Assembly: GCA_016125095.1 (NCBI GenBank)
Contig: WGMK01000007.1
Location: forward strand, 265,605-329,604
Reading direction: 5' to 3'
Length of the DNA stretch: 64,000 nt
From: Candidatus Hydrogenedens sp.
GTDB taxonomy: Bacteria > Hydrogenedentota > Hydrogenedentia > Hydrogenedentales > JAEUWI01
Shown here in pieces: positions 19,222 through 29,592 of the stretch. The notes beneath the pieces are model-generated. The model saw only the letters and a list, made by a program, of their open reading frames with translations. It was not told the DNA's origin and made no database searches. How positions within the stretch are numbered: position 1 is the stretch's first letter; the number at the start of each line of letters is the position of its first letter. The translations under genes were made by a program, and so were the position numbers.

Positions 19222-21288
19222 TTACTCCTTCGGCGCGTTCACCCAGGCCGGGTCGCCGTAGAGCCCGATGCGACTTTCGTCGATCGGCTCGAAGCCCAGC
19301 GCCAGCGCAGGGGAGTCGGGCTGGAGGCTGAAGTCCTCGGCGGCGAGATCCGTAAACATCGGGTCGGCCACCACGCTATTCAGTTCACGACCTTGCGCCA
19401 TGCACTGCCCGAGCGTCTGCTTGCCGAACTGCATGTCGTTGCCCTCCACGTCCCAATACACGTTGTAGTCCGACCAGATATCGGCCTTGTTCCAGTTTTC
19501 GGGCGTGATGCGCCCATTGCGCCCAACGACGATGTTGCGTTCAAAGACCAGCGAACGATGTTCCTCGACCCGCGTGAAGGCGATTTGCTCGTTGTCGCTG
19601 AAGGCGAAGATGTTGTTGCGCACCCGGTTGTTTTCGCCGTAGTGCTGGTGAAAGCCGCCGTTCGTCGTGTTGTAGACGATGTTGTTCTCGAGCAGAATTT
19701 CCGTGCTGCCCTCGTCCGTATAGAGTCCCCAGCCGCCGTACTGGAAGCTGTACACATCGTGGATACTGTTGTTGCGTACGATGGTGCCGGGCTGGATGCC
19801 GAGGTTGTACACGCCGCCCATGTCGCTCAGTACACGCTTCCCGAGATGGTGGATGTGGTTGAACTCGATGATGTTGTGATGCGTCGGGTTGTCGCCGTAG
19901 CCCCATACCCAGCCGTTCGAAACGCCGCTGTAGTAGAAGTCCGCGATTTCGTTGTGCGACAGCGTGATGTAGTTCGCGTGCCCAATCCACACCCCGACGC
20001 CAGCCTGATAGATCTTGCCGCCGTCATGAATCCAGTTGTTGTCGATGGTATTGCGCGAGGCCACCACATCGGCGGCGCTCATGGTGCCGACCGGCTTCGT
20101 GTTGCCGCCCACGCGTACGCCGCCCGCGCCGAGGTCGTGCCAGTTGTTCCGCTGTATCCGGTTCTGCTGACAGCCCGCATCAAGCCAGAAGGCGTACCCG
20201 CCGGTGTGGGCGATTTCGCAATCGGTCATGGCGCTGTAGCGAGTGAATTTCCATTGCACCGCGGCAGGCACGCTGTGCGCCGCCTGCGCATCGGAATGCC
20301 CTTTCGCGCCAATCGGCCAATCGGTAAAGCGGAAAGCCAGCCGCTCGAACTGCAGAAATTCGGCGTAGGTGCCCGTGTCCGGGTCGCCATCGACCAGCAG
20401 CAGTTGCATTGCGGCAGGGATTATCGCGGTCGTGTTCTCCGGCGTCTCGCCCGGCATCGGCAGGTAGTACAGCTTACCCTCGGCGCGGTTCACATACCAC
20501 TCGCCGGGCTGGTCGAGCGCCGCCCGCACGTTTTCGATGTAGTAGCGCTGCTCGCGGCCCCATTGGCCAAAGGGCCAGTGGGCGTCGTTCACGAATTGCA
20601 CGGTCTTCTGATCGGTATTGAGGTCGGCGATGCGGTGGTACGAGACCTCCCAGGCGTGATACACCGACACCAGCGCCTCATCGATATCCGGCCATTGCTC
20701 GAAGCCTTCCGTGTAGGCGAAGGCGTGGTTGTCGTAGCTCCGGCCCGCGGTCATGTCCACCCGCAGCGCCGGGTCCGCCTTGCCGTCCGCGAGGAAATAG
20801 CCTTCATTCGGCGTGCGGGCGGGCGTACGACGCTCGCCGTTGATCCACAGGGCACTCGGCGCGCCGGTCTCCGCGTCGGCATGGGCGCTGATATCCGCTA
20901 CCCAGACGCCCTCCGTCACGTCCCAGTTCGACACTACGACACCGCCCGAGAGCACAGCCTGTTCGCCCGGCGCCGAGCGCCAGACCACCGGCGCGCCCGG
21001 CTTGCCTGAGTCCGCAACGCCCAGCTGCAGCGGTTCGGTAAGCACGTACTCGCCAGCACGGAGATTCAACAGCACGCGGCGCTCCATGGCGCCCGAGGTC
21101 CGCAGCGCCCGAAGGTTATCACGTGCCCCGCCGAGCGTCTGCCAAGGGCCATCGCTGCCGTCCGCGGCGGGATCCGGCAGGGTGCCCGACCAGGCATCGT
21201 TGCCCGTGGGCGACACGTAGAACGCGTGGTCCGCAAATGCCGGGACCGCACAGATCATGAGAACAAGCAAAGCCAGGAAGTACCGCAT
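19222..21288 (-). CDS. Secreted right-handed parallel beta-helix repeat protein (pectin-lyase fold; putative polysaccharide lyase/hydrolase)
   Basis: Signal peptide MRYFLALLVLMICAVPAFA. Multiple PbH1-type repeats (NNWIHDGGKIYQAGVGVWIGHANYITLSHNEI, NNIVYNTTNGGFHQHYGENNRVRNNIFAF). 688 aa. Confidence 0.65.
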   Translation of the reverse strand: MRYFLALLVLMICAVPAFADHAFYVSPTGNDAWSGTLPDPAADGSDGPWQTLGGARDNLRALRTSGAMERRVLLNLRAGEYVLTEPLQLGVADSGKPGAPVVWRSAPGEQAVLSGGVVVSNWDVTEGVWVADISAHADAETGAPSALWINGERRTPARTPNEGYFLADGKADPALRVDMTAGRSYDNHAFAYTEGFEQWPDIDEALVSVYHAWEVSYHRIADLNTDQKTVQFVNDAHWPFGQWGREQRYYIENVRAALDQPGEWYVNRAEGKLYYLPMPGETPENTTAIIPAAMQLLLVDGDPDTGTYAEFLQFERLAFRFTDWPIGAKGHSDAQAAHSVPAAVQWKFTRYSAMTDCEIAHTGGYAFWLDAGCQQNRIQRNNWHDLGAGGVRVGGNTKPVGTMSAADVVASRNTIDNNWIHDGGKIYQAGVGVWIGHANYITLSHNEIADFYYSGVSNGWVWGYGDNPTHHNIIEFNHIHHLGKRVLSDMGGVYNLGIQPGTIVRNNSIHDVYSFQYGGWGLYTDEGSTEILLENNIVYNTTNGGFHQHYGENNRVRNNIFAFSDNEQIAFTRVEEHRSLVFERNIVVGRNGRITPENWNKADIWSDYNVYWDVEGNDMQFGKQTLGQCMAQGRELNSVVADPMFTDLAAEDFSLQPDSPALALGFEPIDESRIGLYGDPAWVNAPKE

Positions 21289-21379
21289 GAATCATCTCCC
21301 TCCCGAATTGGGAACCGTACCGGGAATCAAGATAGCAGTGGACATCGCAACACTCAAACCGATACAAGGGGGAAAGGGC

Positions 21380-22783
21380 ATGGGAGGAAATGTCATGCGA
21401 ATCACGAGTCTCCTTATTCTCGTCGCCAGCTGTACGTCGGCCATGGCCGACGCGCCGAAGAACGTGCTGTTTCTCTTCGCCGACGACCAGCGGTACAACA
21501 CCATCCATGCGCTCGGCAACAACGATATCGAGACGCCGAACCTCGATCGGCTGGTGGAGCGGGGGACCGCGTTTACGAATGCCTACATCATGGGGTCCAA
21601 GCACCCGGCCGTTTGCATGCCCAGCCGGGCGATGCTGATGACCGGTCGGCCGTTGTTCGACTTTGGCGACAGCCCCGGCCGCGTGCCCGACAGTTTCCAA
21701 CTCATGCCGGCGCAGTTCCGCGTGGCAGGCTTCGATACCTGGTTCACGGGCAAGTGGCACCAGGACGGCAAGGCGTTTAACCGCGCGTTTGCCGGGGGCG
21801 ATGCCATCTTCTTCGGCGGCATGCACGACCACTTTGCCATCCCGGTGCATCCCTATTCGCCCGAAGCGCAATACGGCAAAGACAACGCAGTGATCCATCA
21901 GGGAAAGCATTCCAGCATCATCTTCGCCGATGCGGCCATCGACTTTCTTGAGCATGACATCTCCGAGAAGCCGTTCTTCATGACGGTCGCCTTCACCGCG
22001 CCGCACGACCCGCGTACCGCGCCGCAGGAATACCACGACAAGTACGATGCGGCGACGCTGCCGACGCCGCCTGCATTTCTGCCCGAGCACCCGTTCGATA
22101 ATGGCGAACTGCATATCCGGGACGAGGAACTAGCACCGTTCCCGCGCACGCCGGAGATTGTGCGGCAGCATCTGGCGGACTACTACGCCATGATCACGCA
22201 TTTGGACTTTGAAATCGGACGGGTTTTGGCCGCGCTCGAAGCCGCCGGACACGCAGACGATACGCTCATCATTTTCTCTGCGGACAACGGTCTCGCCGTG
22301 GGCAACCATGGCCTGATGGGCAAGCAGAACCTCTACGAGCACAGTGTGCGCGTTCCGCTGGTGTTTACGGGCCCCGGCATTGCAGAAGGCGAGCGGCGGG
22401 AGGCGCTGGTGTATATCAGCGACCTCTTCCCAACGCTGGTGGAGCTCTTCCACCTGCCTGCGTCTGAGGAACACTACGCGCGCAGTTTCGCCCCGGCGCT
22501 GTTGGGGAAAGAAGACCGGGGGCGCGATTCCGTCGCGTTCACCTATAAGGACGTGCAGCGCGGCGTGAGGATGGGGCCTTGGAAGCTGATCCGCTACGAC
22601 GCTGGCGGCGAGCAGCATGTACAGCTATTCAATCTCGACGACGATCCGGATGAGCGGAACAACCTGGCGGAATTGCCGGAACAGCAGGAGCGCGTGAAAG
22701 AATTGACCGCGCTGCTCATCGCGGAACTGGAAGCACAGGGCGACCCGCTGGCGAAGAGCCCCGACGCCGCTATCTTCCGGTAA
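21380..22783 (+). CDS. Cys-type (formylglycine-dependent) sulfatase, family S1
   Basis: Signal peptide. Sulfatase signature C-x-P-x-R (CMPSRAMLMTGR) at about 21615, GKWH metal-binding motif, and a C-terminal alkaline-phosphatase-like core. Confidence 0.8.
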   Translation: MGGNVMRITSLLILVASCTSAMADAPKNVLFLFADDQRYNTIHALGNNDIETPNLDRLVERGTAFTNAYIMGSKHPAVCMPSRAMLMTGRPLFDFGDSPGRVPDSFQLMPAQFRVAGFDTWFTGKWHQDGKAFNRAFAGGDAIFFGGMHDHFAIPVHPYSPEAQYGKDNAVIHQGKHSSIIFADAAIDFLEHDISEKPFFMTVAFTAPHDPRTAPQEYHDKYDAATLPTPPAFLPEHPFDNGELHIRDEELAPFPRTPEIVRQHLADYYAMITHLDFEIGRVLAALEAAGHADDTLIIFSADNGLAVGNHGLMGKQNLYEHSVRVPLVFTGPGIAEGERREALVYISDLFPTLVELFHLPASEEHYARSFAPALLGKEDRGRDSVAFTYKDVQRGVRMGPWKLIRYDAGGEQHVQLFNLDDDPDERNNLAELPEQQERVKELTALLIAELEAQGDPLAKSPDAAIFR

Positions 22784-22786
22784 TTC

Positions 22787-24901
22787 TCAGGCGGCGCATT
22801 CGTCGAAGAGGCGGTCGACGTCGATGATAAAGGCCACGCCGCCATCCCCCATCAGCGCACCGCCAGCGAGCGCCGTGGTCGCGCACACGAGGCCATGAAT
22901 CGGGCGCAGGACAACCTGCTGTACGCCGAGCACCTCGTCCACGGCGATGCCGAAGCGTTTGTTGCCGGATGCCAGCGTGACCACCAATTGGAAGCCGCGC
23001 TCCTGATTGGCGGTGCCTTCTTCCTGCATAAACCCTCGCATGTCGATCAAGTTCAGCATGCGATCATGGTGCCGGAAACAGCGACCTTCGCCCGCGACGG
23101 TCTGTATCTGATGGGGATGCACGCACGTCGTTTCGAGCACCTTGAGCGTGGGGAACACGTAGGTCTGGCCCGAGCATCCCACGAGGAATCCGTCCATGAT
23201 CTGGGTGGTAACCGATTTCGGCACGCGGATCTCGAAGCGACTGCCCTTGCCGGCGGTGCTGCTGACTGAAATATGACCTCCGGCTTCCTCGACCATCCGC
23301 TTAACGACATCCATACCCACACCGCGGCCGCTGATGTCGGTGATCGTTTCTGCGGTGGATACGCCCGAACTGAAGAGAAAGTTCACCACATCCGTTTCCG
23401 TCAGGCGCGAGCCGGGTGTGACCAGGCCCAGCGACTCCGCTTTCTTCTGAATCGCGGCGTAGTTCAGCCCCGCGCCGTCGTCCGTCACGCTCAGGCAGAA
23501 CTGATTGCCTTCCTCCGCCATGACCACCTCGATGGTGCCTGCGGCGGGCTTGCCTGCGGCCTTGCGCACGTCGGGCTTTTCCACGCCATGGTCGGCGGCA
23601 TTGCGCACCATGTGCACCAGCGGCGCATCAAACAAATCGAGCAGGCTCTTGTCTACCTGTATGTCCCCGCCCTGCGTGGTCACGTGCACTTCCTTGCCGC
23701 CGAGCGCCGCGGAATCGCGGGCGATGCGCGGCACGCGCTGCAGGAGCGAGTTCATCGGCACCAGGCGGATGGACATGATGCTGCGCTGAAGCTGGTGCGA
23801 GAGCGTACCGAAGACTTCATTCACGCGGTGGAACTGCTCACGCAGGCTCGACACCTTCACATTCTGCCCGCGCATGCGCTGTTCGAGGTGGTTGAACATG
23901 TCGCGCACCACGATAAGCTCGCCCACGTAGGCGAGGAACGTATCCACGTGTTGTTCGGAAACACGCATGGTCTTCCCGGGCTCTTCCTTCGCGCGCGCGT
24001 GCGGATCCTCTTGGGGGGCGGGCGCGGGGGAGGCAGTCTCCGCCGGCTCGCTCGCCACCGCTGCGGGCGGTGCAGCTGCCACTGCGGGCGGTTGCGAAGG
24101 CAGGCTCGCCAAGGCCTCGCGGATCTGGGTCTCGAGCAGTTCGTCGAAGCCCATCGACGCCATGAACACCTTGTAGTTGTCTAAGGCGGCTTGAAGTTTT
24201 TCCGTTGCCCCGCTGTCGGTAGTCTCCTTCAAGAGCGCCTGGAGCAGCGGTCCGCATGCCCCGGCGTCTTCATCGGATATCGAGCCCTGCGTGCGGTAGA
24301 GGTCGAGAATGCCAAGCAATTGCGCTGCCACGCCGCTGCCGACAGGCGTTTCAGCCGCCGTACCGGAGTCTTCCGACGACGCACGGTGCTGCAACCACGC
24401 ATCGATCCGGCCGCGCACCGGGACGTCCTCGGACAGCGCTTCTTTCGCGTCGCGAAGCAAGGCAGCCGCCTCGTCCAGCAGGGCACCTGGCCCTACTTCC
24501 GCTTCGTAGGCCGCCTTAACCTCGGCGAGTACGGCATCGTAGCGGGCCTGATCCGAAATCTCCTGGTCGCCGTGGCGTCCATTGGTGAGCAGTTCTCGCA
24601 GCACATCGGTGCCGCGGAGCAGCACATCGACCACGGCCCGCGTGACCGGCCGGGTACCCTTGCGGCACTGATCGAGCAGATTCTCGACGATGTGGGCGAG
24701 GTTCTTGACGCCGATGAAGCCGAAGAAGGCCGAGTTCCCCTTGATGGAATGCACCGGGCGGAAGATGGCCTGAATAATTTCGACGTCCTCGGGCGAGGCC
24801 TCGAGGGAAAGAAAGAGCGGATCCAGCTGCGAAAGCATGTCGAGCGACTCGTCAATAAATTCGGCCCGTAACTCCGGATCGACTTCGAAATCGGTCTGCA
24901 T
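22787..24901 (-). CDS. cheA: Chemotaxis-type histidine kinase CheA
   Basis: Hpt domain with HSIKGNSAFFG. HATPase_c (VRNAADHGVE...DDGAGL). C-terminal CheW-like domain. Confidence 0.85.
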   Translation of the reverse strand: MQTDFEVDPELRAEFIDESLDMLSQLDPLFLSLEASPEDVEIIQAIFRPVHSIKGNSAFFGFIGVKNLAHIVENLLDQCRKGTRPVTRAVVDVLLRGTDVLRELLTNGRHGDQEISDQARYDAVLAEVKAAYEAEVGPGALLDEAAALLRDAKEALSEDVPVRGRIDAWLQHRASSEDSGTAAETPVGSGVAAQLLGILDLYRTQGSISDEDAGACGPLLQALLKETTDSGATEKLQAALDNYKVFMASMGFDELLETQIREALASLPSQPPAVAAAPPAAVASEPAETASPAPAPQEDPHARAKEEPGKTMRVSEQHVDTFLAYVGELIVVRDMFNHLEQRMRGQNVKVSSLREQFHRVNEVFGTLSHQLQRSIMSIRLVPMNSLLQRVPRIARDSAALGGKEVHVTTQGGDIQVDKSLLDLFDAPLVHMVRNAADHGVEKPDVRKAAGKPAAGTIEVVMAEEGNQFCLSVTDDGAGLNYAAIQKKAESLGLVTPGSRLTETDVVNFLFSSGVSTAETITDISGRGVGMDVVKRMVEEAGGHISVSSTAGKGSRFEIRVPKSVTTQIMDGFLVGCSGQTYVFPTLKVLETTCVHPHQIQTVAGEGRCFRHHDRMLNLIDMRGFMQEEGTANQERGFQLVVTLASGNKRFGIAVDEVLGVQQVVLRPIHGLVCATTALAGGALMGDGGVAFIIDVDRLFDECAA

Positions 24902-24914
24902 GGGGTGAACTCCG

Positions 24915-25358
24915 CTAGGATACCGGTTTCATGGTCTGCAATTGCTTGAGCAGTCTTACCCAGTGCCGCACGGCCTCGACTGCCTTTTCGACGGCCGACT
25001 CCAGGGCCGTGAAATCTTCGATGGGCTTGAACACCAGCGTATCGGCCCCCAGCCGCATGCAGGCCAGCGCATTGTCCATGGTGACATAGCCCGTAATCAT
25101 GATCACATGGACCATCGGGTGTTCTTTCTTGATGGCGCGCAGTAAATCGATGCCGTCCATGACGGGCATCATGATGTCGGATATAACGACCTGCACCTGT
25201 TCCCGGTCGAGCAGGCGCAGCGCCTCGGCGCCATTCGGCGCTTCATGCACCCCGTAGCCCAGTACCCGGAAATACCGGGAGAGCGAGCCGCGCAGGTCTT
25301 CGTCGTCGTCCACTATCAGCAGCGAAACTTTGTGGCTCGGTTTAGCAGCGTCGCTCAT
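24915..25358 (-). CDS. CheY-like single-domain response regulator
   Basis: 147 aa receiver: LLIVDDDEDL, phospho-acceptor in VVISDIMMPVMDG, conserved K in LVFKP. Confidence 0.8.
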   Translation of the reverse strand: MSDAAKPSHKVSLLIVDDDEDLRGSLSRYFRVLGYGVHEAPNGAEALRLLDREQVQVVISDIMMPVMDGIDLLRAIKKEHPMVHVIMITGYVTMDNALACMRLGADTLVFKPIEDFTALESAVEKAVEAVRHWVRLLKQLQTMKPVS

Positions 25359-26626
25359 GTGCCTGGCTCTCCGTTAGCCTGCGGCAAGGAAATCACGAAG
25401 CAGGCACCGCCTTCGTCTCGATTGGTCGCGAATATAGACCCGCCCATGCGCTGCACCAACTCTCGACTGATTGCGAGCCCGAGGCCCGTGCCCTTGCCAC
25501 ATTCCTTCGTCGTGAAGAACGCGTCCCAGATTTTTCCCAAATCGGCATCGGGAATGCCCGGACCCGTGTCCTCGACCCGCAGCATAACATGACTGCCCTC
25601 GATACCGGTACGCAAAACAAGTACGGATTCAGGTTGCCCTTCCATCGCATGGCAGGCATTGACCACCAGATTCAGTACAACCTGAACCAGCTGCTGCTGC
25701 ACCGCGGCGGCTTTCGGGTTTCGCGCGTCGAGCTGGAGATCCACCCGAGTAAGCCGTTTTGTGGCGCCCATGGCGAGCCCAAGCGTTTCTTCAACCACCT
25801 CGTTCACGCTGCAAATCCGAGGCTGGTCAGAACTGGCGCGCGAAAATTCGCGAAGGCCCTTCACGATGTTCGTCACCCGGACCACGCCCTTGCGGATACT
25901 CTCGATTGCAGGCGGCATCTCGTTGGCCAGCATCCCCGCCTGCGGGTCATCCGCTGCATGGCGCGACAACCACGTCTGGGCACGCGGCCAGAGGTGCGCC
26001 AGCAATTGGGCGTTCGTGGAGATGACCCCCATGGCGTTGTTGATCTCGTGGGTGATGCCCGCCGTCAGCGTGCCGATGGTGACCATCCGCTCGGCGTGTA
26101 CCAATTGGTCCGCGCGGGCAGACGCCAGTTCCTCCATGTTCGACGCGAACCGGCGCATTTCCTCATTGCGCTCTTCCAGGCGTTGCTGATACGCAATGAG
26201 GCGCGTTCCCACGGCGAGATGCGTACGCAATTCGAGGGTGTCGAACGGCATTTTCAGGAAGGCGTTCGCCCCCGCATCGAGGTTTTCAAGCAGGTCGGAC
26301 CGCGCGGTGCGGCTGGTTACAATGATCGCGTAGACCAGCGGCTTGCCATCGTCTTGCACCTTTCGGCACAAGCAAAGGCCGTCGCAGTCAGGAAGCAACC
26401 AATCAATCAAGGCGATACAGGGCGAGGTGCGCGCCGCCAACAATTCAGATGCCGCAATGCCGTCGGCGCATTCCAGTACCTCGTAATCCCAGCCACGAAT
26501 TAACCGCACCATCAGCGTGCGGAAATCGGCACGACCATCGGCCACGATGACCTTCGGGGGTTTCAATTGATGGGGGCTTTCGGTGGCCGACTGCGGAGAA
26601 TTTCCGTATGATGGGGTATCGGGCAA
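25355..26626 (-). CDS. Hybrid receiver-histidine kinase (REC + HisKA + HATPase_c)
   Basis: N-terminal receiver (VIVADGRAD...ALIDWLLPDCDG), HisKA H-box ITHEINNAMGVI and HATPase_c G-boxes. 4-nt overlap with the downstream cheY-like gene. Confidence 0.75.
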   Translation of the reverse strand: MPDTPSYGNSPQSATESPHQLKPPKVIVADGRADFRTLMVRLIRGWDYEVLECADGIAASELLAARTSPCIALIDWLLPDCDGLCLCRKVQDDGKPLVYAIIVTSRTARSDLLENLDAGANAFLKMPFDTLELRTHLAVGTRLIAYQQRLEERNEEMRRFASNMEELASARADQLVHAERMVTIGTLTAGITHEINNAMGVISTNAQLLAHLWPRAQTWLSRHAADDPQAGMLANEMPPAIESIRKGVVRVTNIVKGLREFSRASSDQPRICSVNEVVEETLGLAMGATKRLTRVDLQLDARNPKAAAVQQQLVQVVLNLVVNACHAMEGQPESVLVLRTGIEGSHVMLRVEDTGPGIPDADLGKIWDAFFTTKECGKGTGLGLAISRELVQRMGGSIFATNRDEGGACFVISLPQANGEPGT

Positions 26627-26770
26627 GCGCAGGCTCCTCGTGGCAGTGCGTCAAAGGTATTCTTGAAATTATAGTTTGCCAACTCGAGCAAAGCGGTCGC
26701 CAACCGACAGCGGTCTCGCAGAGCACAATGCTGGTACGCTCGCTAGGATATACGGGAGGCACGGAAGAGT

Positions 26771-28036
26771 ATGGACACCTCGAGATTGGTATGCACAATA
26801 TTTTCTTTTCTCGCAGCACTCGTTGCAGGAACAGGGCTCATGGGCGCAGCAACATTCCGGGCGGGCGCAGCATCCGCCATTATCAGCCCTCCGGCCGGGG
26901 CGTTCATCGCCGGCGATAAGCTCGACCGACACTTTACCGGGGTGCACGACGACCTGTTTGTAAAGGCACTGGCGGTGTCCGACGGGGTGGAAACGGTCGT
27001 ATTGGTGTCGACCGATTGCCTCGGCCTGACCTACGGCACCATCCAGCACATCCGGGAGAAGGCCGCCGAACTGGTACCCGAACTCGAGCCCGGCCACATT
27101 GTGATCGGCTCCACGCATATCCATACGGGGCCCGACGTGATCGGCATCTACGGCGCCGACCGCGCGCATTCGGGGCTCGATCCGGAATACATGGCACGGC
27201 TCGAGACGGCCAGCGCCAAAACCATCGCCGATGCCGTCCGCGGCACGCGCCCCGCATCGGCGCGCTATGCCGTGACCACCCATGGCGAGGGCTGGGTGGT
27301 AAACGAGTGCGAGCCGCAAGAACTCGATCGCTCGGTAACCACCCTGCAGTTTCTGGACGAGTCCGGCGATACGATTGCCACGCTTACCAACTTCGCCTGC
27401 CACCCGACGATACTCGACGGCGTGTTTAACGAGGTTTCGACCGACTGGATCGGCGGGTACTACCGGGGCATGGGGCACGCCCTGGGCGGCACGCACCTGT
27501 TCATGCAGGGGGCGATTGGCGGCTGGGTGCAACCCGTCGACGGCGCGAGGACCTTCGAGCGCGCCGACCGCCTGGGGCATGGCCTGGCCGACGCGGTGCT
27601 CGCGGCACTGGGCAAGGCGAACGAATTGGACGAAGCAAAGATCCGCTTTGCCGGGAAGCCCCTGAACCTGCCCCTCGCGAATGAAGGCTGGTCCCAGCTT
27701 GCCGAACTCGGCATCATCGATCTGCCGCTCGCAGGCGGCGTCGAGACCGAAGTGGCGGCGTTCCGCATCGGCGAAGCCGAGTTCGCCACGCACCCCGGCG
27801 AAACCGCGCCCGCATTCCAGCGCCAGACCAAGGCCCTGATGCAGACCGAAGGCCCCAAGTTCGTGCTTGGACTCACCATCGACGCCCTCGGCTATATCCT
27901 CAAGCCCGAATACTTCACCCCCGACGCTACCTTTCCCAGCGCCGCATACCTCACCAGCATGAGCGTCGGACCCCAGACCGGCCCGCTGATGATGAAGGCG
28001 CTGGAAGACGTGATCGTACGGGTGGAGGGGGAGTAA
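26771..28036 (+). CDS. Neutral/alkaline ceramidase-like hydrolase (Ceramidase_alk family), secreted
   Basis: Signal peptide. N-terminal pattern FRAGAASAIISPPAGAFIAGDKLDRHFTGVHDDLFVKALAVSDGVETVVLVSTD and HIVIGSTHIHTGPD match conserved neutral-ceramidase motifs. Confidence 0.6.
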   Translation: MDTSRLVCTIFSFLAALVAGTGLMGAATFRAGAASAIISPPAGAFIAGDKLDRHFTGVHDDLFVKALAVSDGVETVVLVSTDCLGLTYGTIQHIREKAAELVPELEPGHIVIGSTHIHTGPDVIGIYGADRAHSGLDPEYMARLETASAKTIADAVRGTRPASARYAVTTHGEGWVVNECEPQELDRSVTTLQFLDESGDTIATLTNFACHPTILDGVFNEVSTDWIGGYYRGMGHALGGTHLFMQGAIGGWVQPVDGARTFERADRLGHGLADAVLAALGKANELDEAKIRFAGKPLNLPLANEGWSQLAELGIIDLPLAGGVETEVAAFRIGEAEFATHPGETAPAFQRQTKALMQTEGPKFVLGLTIDALGYILKPEYFTPDATFPSAAYLTSMSVGPQTGPLMMKALEDVIVRVEGE

Positions 28037-28049
28037 GGCGACCGCCAGA

Positions 28050-28078
28050 AACACAAAAACCGCCACATAAGGTGGCGG
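28050..28078 (-). terminator. Hairpin + T-rich tract (rho-independent terminator on minus strand downstream of tRNA-Pro; may also terminate the ceramidase-like gene)
   Basis: Stem ccgccac / gtggcgg (28060-28078) with a 5-nt loop. On the minus strand it is followed by gtttttgtgt. A second hairpin gcttcagg-ttccggg-cctgaagc lies at 28083-28105. Confidence 0.6.
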
Positions 28079-28114
28079 CGATGCTTCAGGTTCCGGGCCT
28101 GAAGCAAATTAAAA

Positions 28115-28191
28115 TGGTCGGGGTGAGAGGATTTGAACCTCCGATCTCTTCGTCCCGAACGAAGCGCCTTACCGGACTAGGCCACACCCCG
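28115..28191 (-). tRNA. tRNA-Pro (anticodon CGG)
   Basis: Reverse complement reads CGGGGTGTGGCCTAGTCCGGTAAGGCGCTTCGTTCGGGACGAAGAGATCGGAGGTTCAAATCCTCTCACCCCGACCA. Cloverleaf with a 7-bp acceptor stem, anticodon loop TTCGGGA (CGG), T-loop GGTTCAAATCC and encoded CCA. Confidence 0.85.
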
Positions 28192-28335
28192 ACGCGGACG
28201 CAGAGTATAGTCAATGCAGACGGCAGGTTGCAAGCCAGCAACGGGGACAAAAATCGGCACAGATTGAATAGATGCCCCGGCGTGACGGTATAAGGGTACG
28301 TAGCTTGTAGCAACACCGGAAGGGAGAGTCGGGCC

Positions 28336-29592
28336 ATGTCGAAAGGGGCACCAGAATTTGTAGGGCCGTCGGGCGGAATCAAGCCGCCGGTGCCGCGTAT
28401 CGGGGGCCGCGCCGCAGGTTGCGTCACGATTCTGCTCGTGGCGGGCATCATCACTTTGGTGCTGTACTTCACGTTTCTGGAGTACGTGGGACCGAACGAA
28501 TACGGCATCAAGGAAGTGCAGATTCCGGTATTCGGCCAGAGCGGTATCCAAGAGGACGTTTACCAGGCGGGATATGCGCTGGTGATCCCGTTCGCGCAGA
28601 TCATGCACACGCTGCCCCGACACACGCAGGTGGTGGAATTGACTGAAGTGGACGAGCGGGAGTCGGAGTCGCTGGCGGAGAACGTATTTCACGACCGGCC
28701 GGCGAAGATTCAGACCTCGGACGGCTTCTACGTGGACGTGGACGTGAGCATTATTTACCGCATCGACGATGCCTACAAGGCATTCAAGGAGTTCGGTCCG
28801 GGCGACGGCTTTCTGCACAAGGGCATTCTGCCGAAGGCGGAGCCGATTCTGAAGCAGGCGCTGGGCGAACTTACCACGGAAGAGTTCTACAACGCTCCAC
28901 TCCGGGTAGAGAAAGCGGAGCTGGCGAACGAACTGTTGAACAACGAACTGAATCCGAAAGGTATCCGGGTCGACCATGTGCTGATCCGTTACTTCAAGTA
29001 CAGCGACCGTATCCAGGAGAACATCGAGGCGAAGAAGCTGCAGGACCAGCTGGTGTTCACGAACCAGTCCAAGCAGCGCGCGGCAGAAGAGCAGCAAAAG
29101 CTGAGCCGCATCGAGGCCGAGGGCGCGATGATGGTGCAGGTGACAGAAGAGGAGGGCAAGGCCTACAAAACCGAGAAGGACGCGGAGAAGGATCTGTATG
29201 TCCGGTCGCGCAAGGCGGAGGCCGATCTGCTTCTGCAGCTCGCCGAGGCTGAATCGACGCGCCTGCGCAATGAGGCGATGCAGCAGCTAGGCTCCGACCG
29301 GTATGTCGCGATGGAAATGGCCGAGGTGATGAAGGGGCTGGAGTTCATTGTGGTGCCCACGGGCGGCGCGGACTCGATGAACCCGCTGAACCTGGACGGC
29401 CTGCTGAAAACCTTTGGTGTGGAGCTGGATTCGGCCGCAGGTGCACCTTCGCCTTTGAATCCGCGCATCAAGGAATTGTCGGAAGCTCCGGCAGCCGAAC
29501 CGCCGCCGCCCGCGGAATTCGGCGCGATGGTTGACGAAGTCGCGGGCGATACGGCCCCGGGCAACAACGAGACCAGCGAGGTGGCCCAATGA
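28336..29592 (+). CDS. SPFH/band-7 (stomatin/prohibitin/flotillin/HflK-like) membrane protein
   Basis: N-terminal TM (CVTILLVAGIITLVLYFTFL), SPFH core, then a long coiled-coil/charged region (EEQQKLSRIEAEGAMMVQVTEEEGKAYKTEKDAEKDLYVRSRKAEADLLLQLAEAE). Confidence 0.8.
   Translation: MSKGAPEFVGPSGGIKPPVPRIGGRAAGCVTILLVAGIITLVLYFTFLEYVGPNEYGIKEVQIPVFGQSGIQEDVYQAGYALVIPFAQIMHTLPRHTQVVELTEVDERESESLAENVFHDRPAKIQTSDGFYVDVDVSIIYRIDDAYKAFKEFGPGDGFLHKGILPKAEPILKQALGELTTEEFYNAPLRVEKAELANELLNNELNPKGIRVDHVLIRYFKYSDRIQENIEAKKLQDQLVFTNQSKQRAAEEQQKLSRIEAEGAMMVQVTEEEGKAYKTEKDAEKDLYVRSRKAEADLLLQLAEAESTRLRNEAMQQLGSDRYVAMEMAEVMKGLEFIVVPTGGADSMNPLNLDGLLKTFGVELDSAAGAPSPLNPRIKELSEAPAAEPPPPAEFGAMVDEVAGDTAPGNNETSEVAQ

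Noticed and set aside
19393-21009. 538-aa plus-strand ORF
   Set aside because: It is antisense to the beta-helix protein gene, which has a signal peptide and PbH1 repeats. This is a shadow ORF.
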